Of a stretch of DNA of 64,000 nucleotides, positions 36,701-59,879 are shown piece by piece. The first letter of the stretch is position 1. Each line of letters opens with the position of its first letter. This DNA comes from Callorhinchus milii (Eukaryota): assembly GCF_018977255.1 (NCBI RefSeq), contig NW_024704764.1:6696001-6760000 (forward strand), in the 5' to 3' direction. The position numbers and the translations under genes were made by a program. The notes beneath the pieces were generated by a model, which was given only the letters and a program-made list of their open reading frames with translations, was not told the DNA's origin and ran no database searches.

Positions 36701-38347
36701 TTTTGTGTTGATATTTCCTTTTCCCTAAACATGTTTTTTTTGTTGAAAGTTATCACCTCTTTCCATTCATTTTATTTAATAGCGGCAATGGCACTAACAG
36801 ATTGACATACAATTATATTTTGCCTTTGCTGGTTTAGTATTTTTCTGTTATAATATATACTGACTGGAAAACAACTGTGGGTGATTACTTGGTATATTGT
36901 AGATGTACAGCATGATGATCAAACCTTTTTCTTTTCAAATTATTGGGACAGATTTTTTTTATAAGGCTATATACAAACATTAATTTTTTCTTAAGAATTC
37001 AAATATTCCCTCATCTCCCAATTTTTTGGCCACTTCACAAAGTTCATCACATGTGTATCCCTCTCTCTGTCTGCATTGACACTAATAAGTCTGCCTAACT
37101 TTAGGAAAAAAAATTAAATCATCTAAAGAATGTAAAAATTGAACGTGCGTCTGAAAGTAGAGGTTTATAAAAATAATCTACTGATGTTATTGTTAACATA
37201 AATGCATTTTGCCTGTCCAACTATAGTCAACCTTTCAACGTGAGACTTGGTGCTAACAAAAAAGACCAAAAATGTACTGGTGTCCCAAGAAGTATATATT
37301 ATATTTTTTAAAAAAAGAGGAATTAGTGTAAATTCAAGGTTGTAATTTCTGCTGTCAGATGACTGTTATAAATAATTTTCTCCAAATTACGACACCATCT
37401 GAACACCAAAATAAAATTGCTGCCTTTAATTACTCCTGGGTATCTCTTATTTTCTATTTGAATGTAAAAAAATACTTCACTAACAAAGCATGGCATTTTC
37501 CAATGGACTATTTTTAATCGCAATGCTAGTCTATACATCTAGGTTTAATTTATGATACAAAGTTTATAACCTTTGCACATTATCTGGAATGTCAGCTATT
37601 CAAATGGAAGGTCTAACCAGATTAGGGTAAAATAAATAAAGGCATAACCACTAAATCTAAACTATGATAACCTTCTACTTAACAAGATAGTTGCAGTATA
37701 TTGTATTAGTTTAACGAACATCCACTTACTGTTGTGGCATTAAGTAATTAAAAAAATATTGATTGTAAGCTCTCATTTTACTTACAGATAAGCTACACCT
37801 TGGTGCACCTATTACTCACTTTCACTAGATAGAGGCTACCTTTTCTTTCTAATCATGACAAGAAGGTCACAACCTCTTTTATAAACTTTGTATGTAATAA
37901 ATAACAGATAAACATCTTGCAGAAACTAAAACAATAACTTTAAATATCAATTTCCTGAGTAAGATTTAGTCACTTTGATTGTGAAGATCTGACAAGAACA
38001 GTAGACCACCAATTCACCAATATATGGGGTAAAAATATCTTGTTAAATTATTTTGGAAGATTTTTAAAAAATGAACCATATATGGTGTTGCAAAGTAGTT
38101 ACATATTCATTAATCAAATACATGTCTGATCACAAGCTGCATTGTTTGTAATTACTTTTCAAGGTAGACATTAGAGATTTTCCCCCTTAATACTTTAAGC
38201 TAATTTGAATTAGTGATAACTGCAACTCAAACAATGCCTATTTTAGTAACTCAGAAAGGTAATAACGAATATAATTATTTTTAAATTTGTAATTTCTCTT
38301 CAGTTCTTTAATCACCATGAGTTTTTACCACTTCATTCTTTTTCCCA

Positions 38348-48824
<10,477 letters not shown>

Positions 48825-49499
48825 ATATTAAGCGTTTTGTTTCCCCCTCCTCCTCTTTTTTTTTAGATAGATTGAAAGCGGGAGGCTGTCGTCGAGGCGT
48901 TTGGGGGCGAGAAGAAATCAGCTGTGGACCATGATCGGACTCCGTGGCGAAGTGGGCAGCGACCCATCTGCTGCCTTGAACGAACTGACTGCTGACTGAC
49001 TCGGGACGGTTGGAGCCGTGCGCCTCACACGCGCCGAACGGACGAAAAGCGGCTCGCGCCCCTTCCCGCGCTCCTCGCGAGCTTCCATCCCATTGGCTGC
49101 CGGAGCCCGAGTGACGCGGGGGGGGGCGGGTGGGGAGGAGGAGCGCGGGTGCGTTTGCTCACTGCGCAGTCGCGCTGGAGGCCGGGCCAGTCGGCGCGCG
49201 AAGGCGCTTTCTGCTCGGCACCAGCGCCGAGGCGGCTGCCGCCATTGGCTGCACAGCTCGATTGGAAGCGTGACGGAGGTTGCCGTCCATCTCCAATAGG
49301 CTCCGACAGTCCCCTACTTCACCTCCTCCTCTCGGCGTCGAGCGACCGACTGTTGATGGGGACCGCTCGCGAAGGTAAGACGCCAACGGCTCGCCTGTTA
49401 CCTCGGCTCCAAGACAACGGTTCAGGCGTTTCTTCGCAGACACAGGCCAACGAACGCACGCGACGTCACTATTCTACGTCACTACATTTCATAGTGAAC

Positions 49500-50290
49500 C
49501 CCGCCCCCCCACAGCCCCCCACCAAACCCCCCTCACCCAGGCCCCACCACACACCCCCCCCACAGCCCCCACCAAACCCCCCTCACACAGGCCCCACCAC
49601 ACCCCACCCCCACAGCCCCCCACCAAACCCCCTCACACAGGCCCCACCACCCCCCCCACAGCCCCCACCAAACCCCCCTCACACAGGCCCCACCCCCCCC
49701 CCACAGCCCCCACCAAACCCCCCTCACCCAGGCTCCACCACCCCCCCCCCCACAGCCCCCACCAAACCCCCCTCACCCAGGCCCCACCACACCCCCCCCC
49801 ACAGCCCCCACCAAACCCCCCTCACCCAGGCCCCACCACACCCCACCCCCACAGCCCCCACCAAACCCCCCTCACCCAGGCCCCACCACACCCCACCCCC
49901 ACAGCCCCCCACCAAAACCCCCTCACACAGGCCCCACCACACCCCACCCCACAGCCCCCCACCAAACCCCCCTCACCCAGGCCCCACCACACCCCACCCC
50001 CACAGCCCCCCACCAAAACCCCCTCACACAGGCCCCACCACACCCCACACCACCACCACCCCCACAGCCCCCCACCAACCCCCCCTCACACAGGCCCCAC
50101 CACACCCCACAGCCCCCCACCACCACCCCCCACAGCCCCCCACCACCCCCACCACAGCCCCCCACCATCACCCCCACAGCCCCCCACCAAAACACTCCTC
50201 AGACAGGCCCCACCACAGCCCCCCCACCACCACCTCCACAGGTCCCCCACCACCCCCACAGCCCCCCCACCACCCCCACAGCCCCCCTCA
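49500..50290 (+). repeat. C/A-rich minisatellite (about 50-60 bp unit) between MEIOC and the SUMO1-like gene
   Basis: Repeats of CCCCACAGCCCCCACCAAACCCCCCTCAC(A/C)CAGGCCCCACCACA, degenerating toward the 3' end. Confidence 0.95.
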
Positions 50291-51239
50291 GATGTTCTGG
50301 GAGGGGGGGGGTATGTGTGTGAATGAGGCTCCAAGTCCAAACGCAAGGATTATTTATTATATCGCACTTTGCCTGCAACACACACACACACACACAGTCA
50401 ATCCACTTTACAGTATATCCTGTGAAGCACTTTTGAGACTCCTGAATGACGACAACAACAACTTCCATTTAAATAGCGCCCTTCACCCGGGGTAGGGTCC
50501 CAGGAGCTATTGATGAGACAAGGCACTATATCAAATGCAAGGGTGAAATTGAACACAGGTTTGCAGCCCAAAGTCCACCAAATACTCGCCCTAAAATAGC
50601 CCCAATATTATTCTATGGGTAGCGGAATGGCTAATTTAGGTCAGTGCTTTTGAAACTGTAAGAAAAGGTCTTCAAATGATAATATTTGAAACGGCGGGGA
50701 GAACCTTTTGCAGGTTTAAATAACTTTTTTTGAAAAAATTAGGCGCCTGTCACACACCCTGTAACAAAAAACGCACCCAATCGGGTGTGAGTTTGCCCAG
50801 TCTGGGAACATTGCCCGCCCCCCCCCATGCCCTTTATGGGAATTTGATTTCTCAATCCCAGGCAAATTCCAAGTTCAAGCTGTTGGGGCACTTTTAGGAC
50901 TTTGGGGGGGGGGTCAAAAACTTCCACCTCGCCTCAACCAGTCTTGGCCAGTCGGTTTAAATTCTAAGATCAGATAGGATGGGGCCAACTTCTTATACTT
51001 TGGAAGTTTGGTTTTAAAATCAAGGCCGAGTTAAATATTTTTCCACAATTCTGTGCCATCTTTAACTTTTAAGCCGAGCTGAGAACACGGTGGAATTTTG
51101 GACTTCAGATTTACCATTTTCTTTGCCAATTTTTTAAAAAAATATGGTTTTAACTTTCAAGGTGAAGTCATGTTTGTACTTATTTGTACCTCAAGGCCCC
51201 TCCCTCTGCTTTCCATTTCATTGAGTGCTTTATTACCCT

Positions 51240-51420
51240 TCAGGCTACACTCAGGGATGTGTCCACCTTAAGTCTGATTAACTGATTTCTCACAACCTCC
51301 TTTTGAACCTCCACATGTCTCGTTTCTCTGTACGATATCCTCGACTTTACCTCAGTAAGAATTGAGGCAGCATATTTATTAAACATCTGGACCTCATCCA
51401 CCTGCCGTGATCCGATCTGC
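51240..51420 (-). mobile_element. Old CR1 ORF2 fragment upstream of the SUMO1-like first exon
   Basis: Translation FNKYAASILTE...VVRNQLIRLKVDTS resembles the CR1 LNxYFASVFTxE...LxxLKVDKS motif. Confidence 0.5.
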
Positions 51421-51687
51421 ACCGGGCTAAGTGGGGCTGAAAGACTGGACATCCTTTTGTTCCTTTCCGGACACAAGTGCACTGTGTTAAGTGGCAGTTG
51501 GTGGAAAGACTACAACACCCAGAATGCAATCTGTTCCTTACGTTGCTCTGCGCAGGAAGGACCGCCTGGCTGCCTGCCTGACTGCCTGAGTGACTGGCTG
51601 AGTGGCTGACTGGCTGCCTGACTAAGTGACTGCAGTGTAGATGTTTGGTGCTGATCTGATCCTCGAGTCTGTTTGCCTCGCGGTGAG

Positions 51688-54600
51688 ATGGCTGATCAGG
51701 TGAGGGACTTTTGCCGTCTGCCAATGTGTGTCAGATCGGTTGTGTTCGTCCCTCGTACTCGAGACGAGTCAAACTTTTATCTGAATCAAGGGTTTCGAAT
51801 GGGAGACGGAAGCGAAAAGGCTGAGGAAGGCTCAGGAGGGAAAGCGGGGCGTGGGCTGAAGGATGAGCCACAGCTGTGAGAGCGCTCTCACTGCTCCATT
51901 TGTCTTGAGCTTTGTTACATGATCTGAACTTTCATTTTGCGATTGCAAGTTCACGGGTTTAACGCCCGGATTCCGAGTTGCGGAAGAGCGAGAACACCCA
52001 GAGACTCACACCGCAGTTTCACTTTGCATCCGCCACTTGGTGGGGGTGTGGGTGGGGGGCGGTGTTGGTAACGTGTTTCGTTTGTGAAACTTAGTACCGG
52101 TTGTTCATTGGGTGCAGTTTTTACAGAGGAGAGTGGTCTATTTAAGAGCTGTGCAGTCGGTCTGCGGTTTGATTGGGATACACCGAGTGCCCTTAACTGA
52201 TCTAACGAGGATTTAGTGGATGTTCATTTTAAAAAAAAAGTATGAATTAAATGATAGTTTGGTAAATTGTGCACCCAATCTGGAATATTAAACAGCTAGA
52301 ACTTCTAAATGATGCCATGGGACCTTTAATATCCTCTAGAGGGAAGCAGATGAAGGTCCCTTGATTTAACATTCTCATTTGAATAGGTCGGACATTCGCA
52401 GAAGGAACAGATGGCTGATTAAATTGTGAGAAGTTACATTTATGAATTTCTTGGATGAGATGGTTGTACTTAGGTTGTACTTTCTGTCTGCCTACTTGAA
52501 AAGTGAAGGGAGTTTCTTCCTGTACCCTGGCCAACAATCCTCCCAATAAAACTGGTCATTCACTTCAAGGTTGCTTATTGGCCGGTGCGGGTTTCTGAAT
52601 GTTTCTGGTATGTCAGACAGAATCTAACAAAGGATTTCCACTAACTTCCACTTTAGAATCATGGGAATCCTTACCATTGCCGTCACACTGCAACTGCAAA
52701 TATTTTAGAGAAAATTTCAAAACATCACAACAGAAGTTCTAATGAAAAAGGCGCGTTGAGATATTTGAGCATGCTCCTAACCTACCATCCGCCCATTACA
52801 GTGTGAATAAATCCAGCATCCTAGTCTCTTGTCTAATAAAGCCCCCTTTATGGTTTTAGTAGCCAGTACTCCCAAGTATGACCTGATACAGCTAAGAAAG
52901 CTGAAGGAGTCCCACGGTCAGCGGTTGTATCCTGTCAGAATGCCAAGGCCACAGGGAATCTCCACCAGATTAGGCATGTAGGCACCTGTGCCGTGTTTTC
53001 GCCCACAAATACACAGTCAATTCATTTTACAGTATATTCTGTGAAGCGCTTTGAGACGTCTCGAAGACGTGAAAAGCGCTATATCAAATGCAAGGATTAT
53101 TACTATTATTTACCAGAGTTTACCTGATCAAATTAATTGTTTGATTTTCTTGTTGTATTGTGAGCAGGAGGCAAAGGCTTCCAATCAATCAGAAGAGAAG
53201 AAAGAAGGGGAGTACATTAAGTTAAAAGTCATAGGTCAGGTGAGTGATGTGACTGGCAGTAGTTTTTGCTTACCAGTGTTGAATTTTAACATGCTTTGAG
53301 TAAGCAAAGAAGTAAACAAATTAATAACTTTGCTTTACTAAAGGACAACAGTGAGATCCATTTCAAAGTGAAAATGACCACACAGCTAAGAAAGCTGAAG
53401 GAGTCCTACTGTCAGCGACAGGTAAAGCACACAGTCCTATTGGTGTTCTTTTCTTAGTGAACAGTTCCAAAACATTACTATTGAAATGGGATTAGCTTAA
53501 ATCAGAATAAAACAGTGGGAAATTGCGGCACTTGTTGATAGTCAAAATTTGTAAAAGTAGATGCAAATTGGCTACCACATTTGCCTACAAATACAATCAT
53601 TACACTTTCCAGGAAGTAGGAAAGTATGTTATAAATGTTATAAGATGTAGGAGCAGGAGTAGGCCATTCAGCCCCTCGAGCCTGCCCCGCCATTTAATAA
53701 GATCGTGGCTGATCTTCTAACCTAATTCCATTTACCTGCCCTATCCCCATATCTCTTAATCCCTCTATCCTTTAGAAATCTATCAACCTCAGTCTTGAAT
53801 ACGTAACACTGGTAGATTAATTACAAAGTTCAAATTAGGAATATCAATATGCAAGATTGATGCCCATCACCTCAATTGGTACACTTAGTTTAATTCATTG
53901 CAGGCTAACAACTCCATTTTGTATACTAAATGGGCCTGAATCCCCCTACAAAGTACTTCTAGTGAAATATGTCTACAGAATATTGTTTTTAACTTTTAAC
54001 ATCAATCTTCCCAAAACTTTTTGCCAGCTTTCCTTGCTGATGCATAATGTTCCAATGCCACAGTGCTCATGATTATTGAAAAAAACTGTAATCATACCAC
54101 CTGGTTTTAAATTGAAGTCTGGTCTGAGTGTAGATTAAAAAAAACTAGGTAAGCAAAGAAAATTACAGTTCAGGGAATGTAGTCTGGATAAAGTGAATTG
54201 AGTATACCACTGAATAATTACTTAAAAGAGGAAGGAAATTCTAGGGGAAGCACTTTCTGTGCTAGTGTTTTGAGAAATTCTGTAATTTACTTGGAAAGCT
54301 AGTCACTAGTCACTGCCTTATCATAACCTGATTTTATTTTGTAAAAATTATGTTTCTTTTTAAATATTTCTCAAGATGCCGAAAAAGATAAATTGCCAGT
54401 TGCTGGAACTTGTAATTGCATCCTGTATCTTGGTAGAAAAATATACTGACTGAGACACTGATTTTGTGCCTGTTTTATTGCACTTCAGCTTTGGTTCTTA
54501 TCTTTAAGTAAATGTTTTTAGTGTAGGATACTAAAATATTGAACCCATTCATTTTGTAGAGTTGTTGTCCTAACCTTGGTGTTCATTTTTAAATGTTATT

Positions 54601-56241
54601 CTAATCGGGAAAGAGTTAAAAATTAGCACCAAATAAGGCATTCTAGAATTCCATACATTGTAATAGATGTAGAGGATCCAAGCGGGATCTATCCACACCT
54701 TCAAGAGTGAAGTTGATAGATTTTTGGTGGGTCAGGGTATTAAGGGATATGGGGAGAAAGCGGGAAATTGGAATTGATTAGTTGAAAGGATTAGTTGAGG
54801 TACAGATCTAATTAAATGGTGGAGCGGGCTGAATGGCCTATTCCTGTTCCTATATTCCTAGGAACGAAATGCTGTAAAACAAGCTGAAGCTTGTTGGTTG
54901 GAGCACTCGCCTCACAAGCGAGAGGAGCTGGGTTTGATTCCCAGGAAGGGCGAAATGTTAGGCAAGTTTCCTTACCTCTGTTTACCTAGCAGTTTTCCGG
55001 GGATAATAATTCCTTTAGTAAATTGGTTTACTCAATCCACGACTGTTTGTGGGACACTGCTGTGCACAATTGGCTGTTGCGTTTCGCCCATAAAATACAC
55101 AGTGACTACACTTTACAGTGTATTCTCTGAAGTGCTTTGAGATGTCTCGAAGACGTGATGAGTGAGGCACTATATCAAAATGCAAGGATTATTATATTTT
55201 TAAACTACACTGCACAGTGATACAATTCTCACAAGCTTAATTTTTATAAAAAGCAACACTGTTGATCATATTAATTTATAATTTGCTAAAAATAAATTAT
55301 GCTTCCTATAGTTATTGTTTAATTTTATTGCCTCCCTTTCTGACGTAGGATGTACCTCCAAATTCACTTAGATTTCTGTTTGAAGGTCAGCGGATCACAG
55401 ATCAGCAAACTCCGAAGGAGGTATGTAGTCTTAATGTTTCTTATGTTTTAATGAGTTACCTCAAATATTGTGGAGATTTGTTGGAAGAATTTTACAACCT
55501 ACTAAAATTATATACACCTTTGAAACATCTTCTGAAAAGCCCTAGCTTGTCTGATCATCGCTTATAGCTGAATCCTTTAACAATGGGAATCCTCCTTATT
55601 ACTCTCTTATAATAATAATCTTTGCATTTGATAAAGTGCCTTATCACGTCTGTTAAGCACTTCACAGAATATACTATAAAGTGAATTGACTACATTTGTG
55701 GGCGCGGTAGCCAATTGCGCACAGGAGTATCCCACAAACAGTCATGGACTGAGTAACCAAATTTTTTTTAAGGATTATTATTGACTAACAATCGGGTTCC
55801 TACTTACTGCTAGGTAAACAGAGGTGTGTGGAGTAAGGAAACTTGCCCAACATTTCTCCCTGTCTCTTGCTTTGCCTTTAGGACTTGGGCAGCCCTCTTA
55901 GCGTTTGTAGTTTGTTAGTCTGTTCTCACTTAAGGAGAATTTCCTAAATAGGACTGTGGGATGTGGTGGATGCTGAATAACAGAGGGACACATGAAAAAA
56001 TGTGGGGTCTAGATAATATGTTTTCAATGATTCCTGAAAATATCAGGATTCATAGCCAGTGGCACATTTGTCACAAGAATTTTAGTTTTAGAATCGATTG
56101 CGTGTCCGTGAAGTTCCCTTGCTGTTTAAAGTATGAAAATAAGCATCTTGTACANTTTTTTTGCTCTGACAGCTTGGCATGGAAGACGAGGATGTGGTTG
56201 AAGTTTACCAAGAACAAACAGGAGGATGCTTCAGAGTTTAA
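51688..56241 (+). CDS. SUMO1: Small ubiquitin-related modifier 1-like (SUMO1 family), 100 aa precursor
   Basis: Five phase-0 exons: 51688-51699 (MADQ), 53168-53239 ([24 protein letters not shown]), 53344-53421 ([26 protein letters not shown]), 55349-55420 ([24 protein letters not shown]) and 56173-56241 ([22 protein letters not shown]). The exon layout matches SUMO1 and the di-glycine is intact. It may be a paralog rather than the true ortholog. Confidence 0.92.
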
Positions 56242-59200
56242 CTATTAGTCACCATATCAAAGTCATGGTCATTCATCTGTATGATTTCTTCTTACTTTAT
56301 GCTAGGCAGAAGCCCAATTGGGACATTCTTTCATTGTTACTTTGGTACAAATTATTTTGTATATTAGCCTAAAGTACAAAAATATTAAGAAATACTTTTT
56401 TAAAAAAAGATTTGGGGTTTATATCATTCATAAATTAATTGTACAGACCACGGTGGAAGTACCTTTTGCAACTTGTTGAAGACAAAACGGATTTCAAAAT
56501 GTTTCAAAAATATATATACTATTTGCTAAAAACAGCAAATTTCCAACAGTTGAGCAGCAACTGAGTTAGAAATAACACATTTTCATTTAATACACTTTCA
56601 ATATGTTGCTTCAACATTTAAGCCAGGAAAATTCTCCTGTTCCCTGTCCAAGGTCAGGGGGACAGGAAGTACCATGCAGAAGGTGATTTATAAAGTCAAA
56701 GTCTGTTTTAAAGATGTACAACAGCATTAGCTTTCGCATTGAACTCCCTTTGTACTGTATCAAAATAGCTTTATGAAGAAACTGAATAACTGCACAGGGC
56801 TCATTGTTTCTGATGTTGTTACTTGTGATTTAACCTTTTATCTGCATAAACCTACGTGTGTGATGGACCAAACCGCTTGCTTCCAGAATAATGTGAACCT
56901 ACAGTTAAGTTTGTACTAGTATTTTTCTAATCTATGGAATGAATAACGTGTTTAATTTGTATAGATTTTTTGCAATGAAGATACTAAAAAGGTTTAGAAA
57001 AGAGAAATCAAACAGTGGACAGATTGTAGTTTAAGGCCCAGTAGTGAAACGGTTAAATAGAGATTATTTATATAAGCTGGCAGTGGGAGCCATTTCATAT
57101 TTGTTTAGTTTTATTGATTGTACATATGAATCAATACAGTTTTATTTTTATTTTAAAGTGAGTATCACACAATTTACACGTGGTTATCTACTGTCTTTTG
57201 ATTCGCTGCAGGCAGAATCGCCCCAAAAGTTACAACACATTTTTGAAAGTAGGAAAAAAGCAATCTAATGTTAAACTTTCACAGACTTGTATGGACTTTG
57301 TATGCAGCAGAGTCTGCTCAACTGGCAGAAAACAAGTTCATATCTGTTGAGAATAGATGTTGATAGTGGTGATTTTCGGACACTGTTTAAAAATATATAT
57401 GGGATGCAGTTTTGAATTCTCCAGAAAGCACAAATCAGTCAACAACAACAACAACAAGATTCCATTTATAAAGCGCCTTTCACGTCAGGAGGACGGATCT
57501 GGTACATATTAGGAGAGGCAGCGAGCTGCCTGCTGTCTGGCAGTTTACATTCTACTCCAATGCAGTTGCAGTTAAGACCACCTTTACAAGAAGTATGTCC
57601 CATTAGAATAATTAGAAGAAAAGAACTGATTTCTTTTCCCGCCAGTTTGTTCATGTACCAATTTTAGTATAGAAACCAGTGGAAAGATGCAATTTCAGTT
57701 TAATAATATTTTAAATCCTGCCCCTTGTTCCTCCGATGTCTCAGCGAGTCTGTCCACGTTTGAAAAGTAAATATATATAGTGCTGGATCATTATTTAGTA
57801 ATAGTTAAAATAAATGTCCTGCCTTTCAGTGATATTTAAAATAAAAGTTGAAAAAACTAGTCTTTTGTAGCCGACGTTTTTGTGGAGCTTTGCCAGATTT
57901 TATCTGACATGCAGCATAATTGCACAACATTACATCACTGCTGAAAAGTGGAATTACTCAGTTTGTTAAATGTTAAAGCAGCTTGTTTAATTTTAAAACG
58001 TCTCTTGGGTCGATCAAAATAAATGGGAATCAAATCTGTTCTTAAATCTACAGTGGTACAAATTCAAAATGCTGAGATGAAAGTTAATCCCAAAATTTCA
58101 CCTATTGGCACAGTTGAGTAGATTTTTCCGGGATTATTCTATTTTTACGCAACAGTTTTCCCTCAAGTTACATTTCAAGTCATAAGAAAATTCTTAAAAC
58201 AAACTGAATTTATCACCACAATTGATTACTCAAATGCCCAAGCCTGTCCCCACCAATAGATTCTTATGAAATATGTGTTGCAAATATACATCAGTGACCT
58301 AGAGAAAATAATCCTGTGTGAGCCTTTCATGTAAAGCAAGCTTGTTTTAGCATGAGGTAAGAAACAACCCAATGGTTATTCTGTTGAAAATGGTCTTTAA
58401 TTTTGCTTGAGTATAGAACATACATCATATCGGCACCACAACAACTTGTGTTTATACAGCGCCTTTTACGTGTAATGGTGAACTGAGCAGGGAGAAAGGG
58501 AGTTAGTTGGGAAGAAATAGAGTTGGAATAAACCTAGTCACCGCATTTTAAATATTGCAATTATGGTAATGTTTGTACTGGAATTGGTATAATAAGTTAT
58601 AGGTACATCAAAATAATACTTACATTCGACATAAGGCCTTTCGCCAGGGCGAAACCTTGGGCAAGTTTCCTTACTCCACACAGAGCCTAATAATAATCCC
58701 TCCAAAACAAAACAATAATAAATTGGTCATTTTCAATCTACGACTGTTTGTGGGACATTGCTGTGCGCAATTGGCTGCCGCGTTCGCCCACAAATATACA
58801 GTCAATTCACTTTACAGTATATTCTGTGAAGCGCTTTGGGACGTCTAGAAGACGTGAAAAGCGCTATATCAAATGCAAGTATTATCACATCAACAGCAGC
58901 AATTTGTATTTATATAGCAGGGTAGCATCTCGGAGCACTTCGCGATGTCTCAAACACTTTATAGGATTTTACGGTGAAGTGTAGTGACTGTGTATTTTAT
59001 AGGCAAATGCGACCAATTTGCACACAGCTATGCTACACACACAGCCATGAAGTGAATGACCAGTTTTATCTGGGAGGATTGTTAGCCAGGTCTGTATGCG
59101 GGAGAAACTACATCCATAGCGACTTGGAGAGCATGGGCAAAAATAAAAGGTGTGTCTTTGGAGGGTTTTGAAGGCAGGGAAAGAGGACGTGAAGTGTACA

Positions 59201-59879
59201 GAGAATGTACTGTACGGTTTGAAAGACAGCTATTATTCGAACAAACATGCTACCTGTCATGCGTAATGGGAAGCACATGTGCCTTTATACTACAAGCAAA
59301 GTCTTTAAAAAAATTGAATGCAACATGAAACCATATTGAGCCTGTTGTTTATTCTAACTTTTAAGGATGGATTGAGGCTATTGGCCAAAATATAAATAAT
59401 TTTGCCATGGCAGGGCAGAAATCACCAAATTACTCTTACCATGTCAAGGTTAGTTTTAGCTACAGAGGCCCCTGGATTTTATGCAACATAATTATAGCAA
59501 TGTTGGCACTGGAAAAGCTATAATAAATCATAGCTATGTGCATTGCCACTCAGAGCTGTTGAATACGTGGGGATTTTAAACAACTCTACGTGTTAAATCC
59601 AACTTCTTGGATTTGGCATAGGTTCGCGGAACTTTGGTGCAATGCCAAATGTTAATCCATCCATTCACATTTATGCCTTTGTACGAATGCAAATTTGAAA
59701 CAAACACATTCAAACATTCAAATAGGCAGAAAATATAAATGGAAGCATTAATATTCATGTTAGCTACATTGTCAGGACTTCTACAGTGTGCGTATGGCCG
59801 ACATTTATTTACGGCACTATTTTGGGGGCATAGATACTTGGGAATGTTACAATACAGTACAAATTTACTTACACTCATA

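Noticed and set aside
49149-50495. 448-aa Pro/His-rich ORF
   Set aside because: It is the translation of the C/A-rich minisatellite plus a SINE tail; the absence of stops is explained by base composition.
51563-51633. (GCCT/GACT/GGCT)n run before the SUMO-like ATG
   Set aside because: A degenerate tetranucleotide microsatellite in the probable 5' UTR, with no evidence of a specific function.
56227-56238. C-terminal CFRV of the SUMO precursor as a CaaX prenylation motif
   Set aside because: Arg at the a2 position is unfavourable, and the tail is normally removed by SENP cleavage after GG.
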